The translations under genes were made by a program, and so were the position numbers. This document shows, piece by piece, positions 8,009 to 14,570 of a stretch of DNA of 64,000 nt (the first letter of the stretch is position 1; every line of letters starts with the position of its first letter). Below the pieces are notes generated by a model. It had not been told where the DNA came from, searched no databases, and worked only from the letters and a program-made list of their open reading frames with translations. Origin of the DNA: a virus. The stretch lies in IMG/VR virus record IMGVR_UViG_3300027927_000003, positions 1 to 64,000 of that record. The stretch is one strand, 5' to 3'.

Positions 8009-8037
8009 AGTGTATCACAAACACACTGATAGCACAA
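8009..8037 (-). promoter_or_regulatory. sigma-A-type promoter with extended -10
   Basis: Minus strand reads TTGTGC (8037-8032), 17 nt, then TGaTACACT (TACACT = 8014-8009). The spacer GTGTTTGTGA is shared with the promoter at 2874-2903. Confidence 0.5.
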
Positions 8038-8088
8038 CTACCTCCTCTCGTCATGAGAGGAGAGACCCGAGCGATACTCGGTTACTCA

Positions 8089-8169
8089 CTACCGCTTGGG
8101 AAGACCCATGTAGATCGCCCAAGCCGCTAGAACGAGCCAGATGATGCTCATGACGAACGTGAGGATCAC
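8089..8169 (-). CDS. micro-ORF, hydrophobic 26-aa peptide
   Basis: GTG at 8169 overlaps the upstream stop (GTGA). Peptide is MILTFVMSIIWLVLAAWAIYMGLPKR. Confidence 0.3.
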   Translation of the reverse strand: MILTFVMSIIWLVLAAWAIYMGLPKR

Positions 8170-8477
8170 TCTTCGATTGCCCTCTTCTTCGCCTCGGCTA
8201 GATCGGTCAGGGCCAGCTTGTACTGCAACTCAGCCAGCTTGATCTGAGCTGAGAAGATCTTAGGCAGTACCTCGTTCTTGATGGCACTGTCGTACTGCCG
8301 ATCCTGGGCATCCCAGAGGGTGTCGAACATGTTCTCACTGCCCCTCTGGATAGACACCTGTTCAGCGATGGCAATCTCCAGATCATCACTGACTCTGGAG
8401 ATTGCCTCCGAGGAAAGGTTCATCAAGTCCCTGAACCATCTCTCTGGCTCGAAGACTGGATCGTCCTTGAAGCTCAC
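8166..8477 (-). CDS. hypothetical protein (103 aa)
   Basis: GTG at 8477 (VSFKDDPVF...) overlaps the upstream stop (GTGA). The longer ORF-track version would overlap the upstream gene by 88 nt. Confidence 0.7.
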   Translation of the reverse strand: MSFKDDPVFEPERWFRDLMNLSSEAISRVSDDLEIAIAEQVSIQRGSENMFDTLWDAQDRQYDSAIKNEVLPKIFSAQIKLAELQYKLALTDLAEAKKRAIEE

Positions 8478-8938
8478 TTCTCGCTCCTGCTCTTCACCTT
8501 GGTGACCTTGACGTTGAACGGACCGATCTTGCGCTCTCTGATGCTCACGTCGATCTCGCAAGGAGGTTCGGCTTCAGGATCAAGCTCTACCTCGTCTTCC
8601 ATAGCTCTGAGCTGCTCCAGCTCAGATCCAGCATCTGCGTAGAACCCGTTCAACATGTTGTTGAACATCATCTGCTGGTGAGCCTGAGCCGCAGGACTGA
8701 GACTGTGGATTCTCAGCCTTATCTTGTTAGCCATCTCCAGAGCACCAAGAACGTGGTCTTCGAGATCACCAGACATCTTCACGATCTGGGCTTTCTCGTA
8801 GTTGTCCAGCATCTGACTACCAACGGTGTTGTCTTGAAGGTCTTCGACAACCACACCGAGATCAGCCAGAGTCGCTCTCATCTCATCCAGATACCGGATG
8901 ATCGGCTGTAGAGCCTCTTCGTACTGTTCTTCGTCCAC
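8474..8938 (-). CDS. hypothetical protein (154 aa), first gene of the leftward arm
   Basis: GTG at 8938 is preceded by GGAAGGGAGA. The ORF-track ATG at 8968 sits directly on the terminator T-tail and has no SD. Confidence 0.7.
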   Translation of the reverse strand: MDEEQYEEALQPIIRYLDEMRATLADLGVVVEDLQDNTVGSQMLDNYEKAQIVKMSGDLEDHVLGALEMANKIRLRIHSLSPAAQAHQQMMFNNMLNGFYADAGSELEQLRAMEDEVELDPEAEPPCEIDVSIRERKIGPFNVKVTKVKSRSEK

Positions 8939-8967
8939 TTGGGTCTCCCTTCCAAAGCATGTGGACA

Positions 8968-8998
8968 TGAAAAAACCCCGAAGCTCTTAACTTCGGGG
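8968..8998 (-). terminator. rho-independent terminator upstream of the first leftward gene
   Basis: CCCCGAAG/CTTCGGGG stem (8976-8983 / 8991-8998) with a 7-nt loop, followed on the minus strand by TTTTTT. Confidence 0.75.
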
Positions 8999-9326
8999 CT
9001 AGTTGGCGGACAGACTCTTCGCCAGAGGGCTATTAACCTCGTCTGGGTACTCCTCTCCCGTCAACTAAGTTAAGTATAACATAAACACTCTAAACACGCA
9101 ACAACCCGAGAGGTTGCTCATTGGGTTGAGCGTTAGTCTCTCGGGTTCTCGATCACCAGGCTAGGGAATGCGTCTCGCTCCTATTACGAGGAGGTCCTAG
9201 ACGTTCTCCTACTGGTAAGCAGTGTTTCCTTGAAGCAGTAGATGGCGTAGTCACATCCTCTTGGGATGTGAACTACCGCGCTGTTCAACTGATTCTCCAG
9301 TCGTAACTGGGGTACTTCCTGCTTGC
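8999..9326 (-). ncRNA. long untranslated leader or candidate ncRNA from the distal leftward promoter
   Basis: No credible ORF or SD on the minus strand. Several stems: CACATCC/GGATGTG, AACCCGAGAG/CTCTCGGGTT, CTCCT/AGGAG, CTACTG/CAGTAG. Confidence 0.3.
9073..9101 (-). promoter_or_regulatory. sigma-A-type promoter with extended -10 (proximal)
   Basis: Minus strand reads TTGCGT (9101-9096), 17 nt, then TGtTATACT (TATACT = 9078-9073). Confidence 0.55.
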
Positions 9327-9332
9327 GTAATC

Positions 9333-9361
9333 ACTATAACACACTCTAAACACTCTTGCAA
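9333..9361 (-). promoter_or_regulatory. sigma-A-type promoter with extended -10 (distal)
   Basis: Minus strand reads TTGCAA (9361-9356), 17 nt, then TGtTATAGT (TATAGT = 9338-9333). The spacer GAGTGTTTAGAGTGTGT nearly duplicates that of the proximal promoter. Confidence 0.55.
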
Positions 9362-9761
9362 CTTATTGGCTGAACATCCTTCGCTCCGCTGGGGCTCCGC
9401 TCCGGATGTTCTCCTCAGTGGCTCTTATTGGCGTGTAGACATAGGCGTACCCTTTATATGGAGCCTATGGGTCGCTAATCCTGTAAGGACTTAGGCGCTG
9501 GAGTAGCCATTACGAACGCCGGTTTCCCACACAACGGTTAGTTGATATCCCAGGGCCGTGTCCTGCTCACCTGGATGAGAGTGTGGTGTCTGCTCTACCT
9601 GCTGGGAGCCTCCTGAAACTGTGTTGTGCCACGACATCCATGCGACGGATTGAGGAAGAACTTGCCATAGAGCTTGACTCTCGTCAACCCTCTCCTACAA
9701 GATGGTCTTGCCTGAGACTGTCTGCCACGACAATCTCCTTGCTGGCCCGCGAAACCAGCGT

Positions 9762-9808
9762 GAACCCCCGGTTGACCGCCCCTTTGGTCCCGGGGGTTCT
9801 TTCTGTCT
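9762..9808 (+). terminator. intrinsic terminator-like hairpin ahead of the first rightward gene
   Basis: GAACCCCCGG/CCGGGGGTTC 10-bp stem (9762-9771 / 9790-9799) with an 18-nt loop, followed by TTTCTGTCT. Confidence 0.5.
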
Positions 9809-9851
9809 ACGAGTCTTGTCAAGATCTACCCGAGCTGGGGTGGATGGTCGT

Positions 9852-10244
9852 ATGGTCGGATCTATGCCCACAGTCTGGATCCGGTCTACGGACCGCCCCC
9901 GCTTTCACCGGGTCGAGGACTGCCGCCATCTGACCAAGCCCCCTGCCAGGGGCGAGGCCAAGCCAGTACGAGCAGTCGAGCTGGCTGACCTGGTGATGGC
10001 GCGACCCTGTAAGCACTGCTATCCCGATGCCCCGTCGTACAAGATCGTGCGGCGGGTCTGTCATGCCTGCAACCCGAGACGGGCGTTGCCCTGCTCGCAC
10101 AACGGGGGTGTTCGCGTCACCCTGACCCGTACGACGAGGTACGTCTCGCTGTTCAGAGACCCTGGGGATGACTTCCCCCAGGTCACCTACGTCTGGCCGG
10201 ATCAGGTCTGGTTCTACGAGCCTGAAGAGGCTCTTGCATCCTAG
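9852..10244 (+). CDS. hypothetical Cys/His-rich protein (about 130 aa; alternative start 9864)
   Basis: The part of ORF 9702..10244 after ATG 9852 has high GC3. The upstream part has low GC3 and contains the hairpin. Motifs FHRVEDCRHL ... CKHCYP ... CHACNP. Confidence 0.55.
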   Translation: MVGSMPTVWIRSTDRPRFHRVEDCRHLTKPPARGEAKPVRAVELADLVMARPCKHCYPDAPSYKIVRRVCHACNPRRALPCSHNGGVRVTLTRTTRYVSLFRDPGDDFPQVTYVWPDQVWFYEPEEALAS

Positions 10245-10312
10245 ACAAGCACCACATACTGTGTAAGCACACGACCGTCGCAATCGTGTAGAGAACCGAA
10301 CGGAGAACCTTC

Positions 10313-11548
10313 GTGGCACAACTCTCAGGCGAGAGCCTGCTCATTTCCGCTCTGATCAACGTGGGCAACGTCGAGGAGGCGCTCTCCTTCGGGGTCACCC
10401 CTGACCACTTCCGTGGCTACAAGGACCAGTACAACTGGCTCCTAAACTATGTCTCGACGTACGGCGACCAGCCGACTCGGGACATTTTTTGTGCCCAGTT
10501 CCGGGACTTCCCCTACTCCGAGCACTCTGACGTACGCAGCGCCGTGGACATGGTGTTCAAGGCCACGGCCAAGTTCGAGTTGACCGAGGCGATGAGCCAA
10601 GCCTTCGACCTGATCGCGATGGGCGAGGTCCACGAGGCGCACCGGGTGCTGACCAAGGCCGAGCCACGTACGACCAAGCCCAAGCCGAAGAAGCTCCTGA
10701 CCGACCTGACCTTCTTCGACACCTGGGAGGACCCGCTGCTGGGCGTGGAGGTCCCCTACCGGACCCTCCAGCGGCACACCGGTGGGATCAAGCCAGGCAA
10801 CCTCTGGTACCTGGCTGCGCGGCCTGGCAACGGCAAGACTGCCCACCTGTGCTCGATTGCCACCAAGGCGGTGCTGGACGGGCACAAGGTGATGTTCTAC
10901 AGCCTGGAGATGACCGAGATGGAGGTCCGGGCGCGGTTCCACGCTGCCTTGGCGACCCATTTCGGCGTCGAGGGGATCACCATGCAGGCGATCCGGGACC
11001 GGCGCGTGGACATGCACGTCTACAAGCAGTTCATCAGTGAGTTGGATGACCGGCTCGACGGTGTTCTGGACATCCACACCCCCAAGGACGGTCCGGTCAG
11101 CCCCTCCACGGTGGCAACCAAGGCTGATGAGTACAGCCTGAACATCGTGGACTACATCGGCCTGATGCGCTCAGACACCGGCTCGGCTGCGGTGGAGGAC
11201 TGGCGTACGGCAGCGGCGATCTCCAACCGGCTCAAAGAGATCGCGCTGGCCCAGCAGACCGGGATGCTGGTGGCTTCTCAGATCAATCGTGACGGTGAGA
11301 GCGGCACCAACCCGCCCAAGGTGGTGAATCTGGCTCAGTCCGACGCGCTCGGTCAGGACGGTGACGTGGTGATCACCATGCGGGCCAAGCCGCACAACGT
11401 CGCCACGGCCTTCTCCTTGGAGAAGAACCGACACGGACAGTCAGGCATCCCGTTCTTCTCACTGTTCGACCCCGACCGAGGGGTCTATACCGAGATCGAC
11501 AAGGACGCCGTGGAAGACCTGCTGCTGCGAGCTGAGGAGAACCTGTGA
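10313..11548 (+). CDS. dnaB: DnaB-like replicative DNA helicase
   Basis: 411 aa. Walker A ARPGNGKT, Walker B-like IVDYIGLM, then SQINRDG and EKNRHG, typical of the DnaB/RecA-fold C-terminal domain. GTG start with GGAGAA SD. Confidence 0.9.
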   Translation: MAQLSGESLLISALINVGNVEEALSFGVTPDHFRGYKDQYNWLLNYVSTYGDQPTRDIFCAQFRDFPYSEHSDVRSAVDMVFKATAKFELTEAMSQAFDLIAMGEVHEAHRVLTKAEPRTTKPKPKKLLTDLTFFDTWEDPLLGVEVPYRTLQRHTGGIKPGNLWYLAARPGNGKTAHLCSIATKAVLDGHKVMFYSLEMTEMEVRARFHAALATHFGVEGITMQAIRDRRVDMHVYKQFISELDDRLDGVLDIHTPKDGPVSPSTVATKADEYSLNIVDYIGLMRSDTGSAAVEDWRTAAAISNRLKEIALAQQTGMLVASQINRDGESGTNPPKVVNLAQSDALGQDGDVVITMRAKPHNVATAFSLEKNRHGQSGIPFFSLFDPDRGVYTEIDKDAVEDLLLRAEENL

Positions 11549-11679
11549 TGGAAGAGTTCCTGCCCTACTGCCCCTGCTCACTGATGAAGCGTGAGGGCGA
11601 ACGTGAGTGGGTCTGTGTGCTGGACGAGCATGACGATGACCGGCATTACTTCGTCCACGCGGTGGCTGAGGCGTCATGA
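11548..11679 (+). CDS. small Cys-rich protein (43 aa)
   Basis: My own translation MEEFLPYCPCSLMKREGEREWVCVLDEHDDDRHYFVHAVAEAS. TGATG overlap with the dnaB stop; high GC3. Confidence 0.45.
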   Translation: MEEFLPYCPCSLMKREGEREWVCVLDEHDDDRHYFVHAVAEAS

Positions 11680-11783
11680 CCTACATCGACTACGAGGTCT
11701 GCCCCTCGTGTGACTGGGACAAGCCTCTGCACGGTACCTGCGAGAACGAGGAGTGCCCCGATGCGCCCGATGACACTGCCTGA
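11676..11783 (+). CDS. small zinc-ribbon-like peptide (35 aa)
   Basis: MTYIDYEVCPSCDWDKPLHGTCENEECPDAPDDTA. ATGA overlap with the previous ORF. Confidence 0.35.
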   Translation: MTYIDYEVCPSCDWDKPLHGTCENEECPDAPDDTA

Positions 11784-12699
11784 GGCTGTCGTTCGTGGCC
11801 ATGGGGTAGAGAGGCCCTTCCTGTGCCCTGTGCACGGCGACAGCAGGCCCTCAGCGTCTTTGAACATCGTCAAGCAGAAGTGGATCTGCTACACCTGTGG
11901 CGCTCACGGCAACCTGACCGGTGAGGACGCGCTGCTGGAGCCTGACTACAACGTGCTGAAGCAGTGGTTCACCGACAAGATGGAGGAGCACCGTGTCTAC
12001 CCCGAAGCCTGGCTCTCCCGCTGGGACGCAGGACCTGTCCACCCCTACTGGCTTAGACGAGTCGGGGAGCGAGCAGCACGCCACTTCCGGCTCGGGTACG
12101 ACGCAGAGCGAGAGGCCGTTACTTATCCGCTCCGCTCGACTGGTGGAAGTGTCCTTGGTGTCGTCAGACGCACCCTGGATCCATCCTCTGACGGTCCTAA
12201 GTACCGCTACCCCAGAGGAGTAGACATTGCGCGGCTTCTCTTCAACTTCAGTCCTGTACGACGAAGTGCCATTGTTTTGTGCGAAGGAGCCCTGGACGCG
12301 ATTGCCCTCTGGAACGTGGGAGTACATGCGTTCGCTATCTACGGCAGCCGCCTCGGAGTGGAGCAGGTCAACCTCATCGACCGGATCGATCCGACCTACG
12401 TGTTCACCGCTTTCGACAATGATGATGCTGGCTACCGCGCTCACACAGCAGTGGAGCAGGCCATGCGTCACCGGTTCGTGGACCGGATCACCTGGCCAGC
12501 GTCTTGGGGCAAGGACGTGGACGAGCTGAGCCTGGCTCGCCGTCGCAAGATCTTGCCTAGACAGCTTGTGGAGGATGACTTGTTGTGTATAGAGTCATCG
12601 TCATGCGGATCAAGCAGCAGCAAGACCCAGAACTCAGCGGAGCGTTCGAGCACTACCGGAACGCGAAGGTCGATGCGGATCAGGCGATCAGTCGCCTAG
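11761..12699 (+). CDS. dnaG: DnaG-like DNA primase (CHC2 zinc finger plus TOPRIM)
   Basis: CPVHGDSRPSASLNIVKQKWICYTCGAHG fits a CHC2 finger. TOPRIM Glu in VLCEGALDAIAL and DxD in FDNDDAG. Start taken at ATG 11761 (alternative 11770). The low-complexity tail overlaps the next gene. Confidence 0.85.
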   Translation: MRPMTLPEAVVRGHGVERPFLCPVHGDSRPSASLNIVKQKWICYTCGAHGNLTGEDALLEPDYNVLKQWFTDKMEEHRVYPEAWLSRWDAGPVHPYWLRRVGERAARHFRLGYDAEREAVTYPLRSTGGSVLGVVRRTLDPSSDGPKYRYPRGVDIARLLFNFSPVRRSAIVLCEGALDAIALWNVGVHAFAIYGSRLGVEQVNLIDRIDPTYVFTAFDNDDAGYRAHTAVEQAMRHRFVDRITWPASWGKDVDELSLARRRKILPRQLVEDDLLCIESSSCGSSSSKTQNSAERSSTTGTRRSMRIRRSVA

Positions 12700-13016
12700 A
12701 GGACGCCGAGGCCAAGCTGCTGAAGGTTCTGGAGGCCAAGCAGCGCAAGACGGTGACTGACAAGCGGGACGGGCTGGTGTTCTCTGCCACCTACACCCAG
12801 CGCAGCACCACGCAGATCAACGAGGCTGGGCTCCGCAAGGCTCTGGGAGCCAGGGTCTTCGACAAGTACACGATCAAGAAGTTGGACCGGAAGGCCATGG
12901 AGAAGGCGATGGAGGAGGGCGTCGTAGACCCCACCACCGTGGCTCAGTACGTGGAGCAGGTGCCGGGGAAGACGTTCTTGACCTACCGAGTGAAGGAAGA
13001 GACCGATGAAGCCTGA
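12585..13016 (+). CDS. hypothetical protein (143 aa)
   Basis: GTG at 12585, 9 nt after GGAGGA. Overlaps the primase 3' end by 115 nt. Confidence 0.7.
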   Translation: MYRVIVMRIKQQQDPELSGAFEHYRNAKVDADQAISRLEDAEAKLLKVLEAKQRKTVTDKRDGLVFSATYTQRSTTQINEAGLRKALGARVFDKYTIKKLDRKAMEKAMEEGVVDPTTVAQYVEQVPGKTFLTYRVKEETDEA

Positions 13017-13338
13017 GATCTACGACGTTGGCGAGGTCAAGGCTGAGACACGCCAGGCACCCGCTTCGCGGATCCTGGAGCAGCTTGAAGGCGAGTACTT
13101 CTCGATGCGCCAGACCGCTGAGATGGTCGGCGTCCACATCGAGACACTCCGCAGGCTCTGCCGTACGCCTCGGGTGAAGGCACCCAGCAAGGCCACGCGG
13201 CAGGGAAAGATGGTGATCTATCTGTTCACCCCCGAGGACGTAGAGGAGGTCAGGCAGTACTTCGCAGGCAAGGACCGGAAGCAGACAGAGATCGAAGCCA
13301 AGGTCCACGGGAACGCTAAGACAGAGCAGGTTCGGTGA
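13006..13338 (+). CDS. MerR/excisionase-type helix-turn-helix DNA-binding protein (110 aa)
   Basis: YFSMRQTAEMVGVHIETLRRLCR ... VIYLFTPEDVEEVRQY resembles the HTH_17/MerR-like pattern. Confidence 0.65.
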   Translation: MKPEIYDVGEVKAETRQAPASRILEQLEGEYFSMRQTAEMVGVHIETLRRLCRTPRVKAPSKATRQGKMVIYLFTPEDVEEVRQYFAGKDRKQTEIEAKVHGNAKTEQVR

Positions 13339-13565
13339 AGATCGCAAGAACTGAGACAGGCTTCATCCGAGAGGGTGATGAGATCACCGTGGCGGTGACT
13401 CACGAAGTGAAGATCGATGGAGAGTCCTCTTGGATCCGCTTCGAGGCCAAGACCAAGGTCAACCAAGAGACATGTGAAGACGCATCAGACAGGATCATTC
13501 GATTCGTCAACGTAGGCGTCATGGATGCAGTCATGAAGACCGTTGAGACAGTGAGGAACCGCTAA
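13335..13565 (+). CDS. hypothetical protein (76 aa)
   Basis: GTG start overlapping the previous stop (GTGA). High GC3. Confidence 0.6.
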   Translation: MKIARTETGFIREGDEITVAVTHEVKIDGESSWIRFEAKTKVNQETCEDASDRIIRFVNVGVMDAVMKTVETVRNR

Positions 13566-14398
13566 TGAAGTTCGGCAAGAGCTACAACTCCGCAGACGAG
13601 GCCACCAGCACTGGTGGAGGCGGCGGAGACTGGATGAAGTACTTCAAGAACGACGCCACCACCTTCCGGATCCTCCAGGAGCCTGGTGACTGGGTGGAGT
13701 ACTGGGAGCACTTCAACCCTGGCGGCTTCCCGTTCCCCTGCACTGGCGACCGCAAGACCTGCCCTGGCTGCACCAGCAGCAACGAGAAGATGCAGAAGGC
13801 GTCGAAGAAGATCGCCTTTAACGTGCTGGAGGGTGAGTGGGTCAACGTTTACAAGGTGCCGAAGACCGTGGCTGACAAGCTCCACTCGCGCTCGGAGCGG
13901 ATCGGTACGATCACTGACCGCGACTACACCATCTACAAGATCCAGTCCAAGAACCGTGACGGCTCAACCAAGACCGATTACGACGTTGAGGGCAACGACA
14001 AGATCCCGGTCGCGATTGCTGAGCTGGAGCCTAAGTTCAAGGACATGGAGAAGATGCTCGCTGACGCCTACGAGCAGGCGTGGGGCGATGACTCCAAGGC
14101 TGCTGAGACCAAGGCTGGCAACGAGTACGACGAGGCTCAGTCAGGTCTGAAGGCCAAGCTCGCTGCTGCTCAGCAGCGGGAGTGGACTGAGGGCAAGAAG
14201 GAAGACATCCCCGACTGGGCAGTTAAGGACGACACCGCCACCGAGACTGATGACACCAATGAGTACGACGAGGCCGACCTCCGTGCGATGGACAAGAGTG
14301 GCATCCTCGCGGTGTGTGACAAGGAAGGTCTCCAGGTCCCTAACGACGTGCAACAGCGCGACGTGAATGGGATCGTGGACTGGTTGCTCGAACAGTAG
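13565..14398 (+). CDS. putative ssDNA-binding protein (gp32-like zinc site, acidic C-terminal region)
   Basis: 277 aa. H-x9-C-x6-C-x2-C (WEHFNPGGFPFPCTGDRKTCPGC), a beta-rich core, and an acidic stretch TATETDDTNEYDEADL. The function call is tentative; the CDS itself is solid. Confidence 0.6.
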   Translation: MKFGKSYNSADEATSTGGGGGDWMKYFKNDATTFRILQEPGDWVEYWEHFNPGGFPFPCTGDRKTCPGCTSSNEKMQKASKKIAFNVLEGEWVNVYKVPKTVADKLHSRSERIGTITDRDYTIYKIQSKNRDGSTKTDYDVEGNDKIPVAIAELEPKFKDMEKMLADAYEQAWGDDSKAAETKAGNEYDEAQSGLKAKLAAAQQREWTEGKKEDIPDWAVKDDTATETDDTNEYDEADLRAMDKSGILAVCDKEGLQVPNDVQQRDVNGIVDWLLEQ

Positions 14399-14402
14399 AG
14401 CC

Positions 14403-14441
14403 GAGGGTGACCCTGTGTGACCGTCCCATGGGGTCACCCTC
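14403..14441 (+). terminator. hairpin after the SSB-like gene
   Basis: GAGGGTGACCC/GGGTCACCCTC 11-bp stem with a 17-nt loop. Only a weak T tract (TTCC) follows. Confidence 0.4.
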
Positions 14442-14446
14442 TTCCA

Positions 14447-14527
14447 GCCTCGTAGGCCCCAAGGTGGGGCAGCGGCCTGTAAAGCCGTCGTCTTCGGACA
14501 TGGGTGGTTCGATTCCACCACGGGGCA
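14447..14527 (+). tRNA. tRNA-Tyr(GTA): tRNA-Tyr (anticodon GTA), class II with long variable arm
   Basis: Hand-folded cloverleaf. Acceptor GCCTCGT/ACGGGGC (7 bp, one G.U), D stem GCCC/GGGC, anticodon stem GCGGC/GCCGT with loop CTGTAAA (GTA at 14479-14481). Variable arm of 14 nt with GTC-TTCG-GAC; T arm GGTGG-TTCGATT-CCACC. Atypical A at position 8 and a short D loop. Confidence 0.75.
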
Positions 14528-14570
14528 CATCCCTATTCTCTTGACTACAAACATGGGGTAAGGTCAGCTC

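Noticed and set aside
9261-9933. ORF-track ORFs 9261..9494(+), 9583..9933(+) and 9595..9822(-) in the control region.
   Set aside because: They have low GC3 relative to real genes, no SD, implausible peptides, and run across promoters and hairpins.
10245-10312. A sigma-A-type promoter for dnaB, or a leftward TTACAC-17-TAGGAT promoter antisense to 9852..10244.
   Set aside because: The hexamers are weak or have wrong spacing on the plus strand. The minus-strand match has no downstream target. Neither is supported well enough to report as a feature.
14447-14527. The tRNA as a prophage attachment-site remnant.
   Set aside because: There is no integrase or excision module in the window. The tRNA is complete and sits inside the replication operon.
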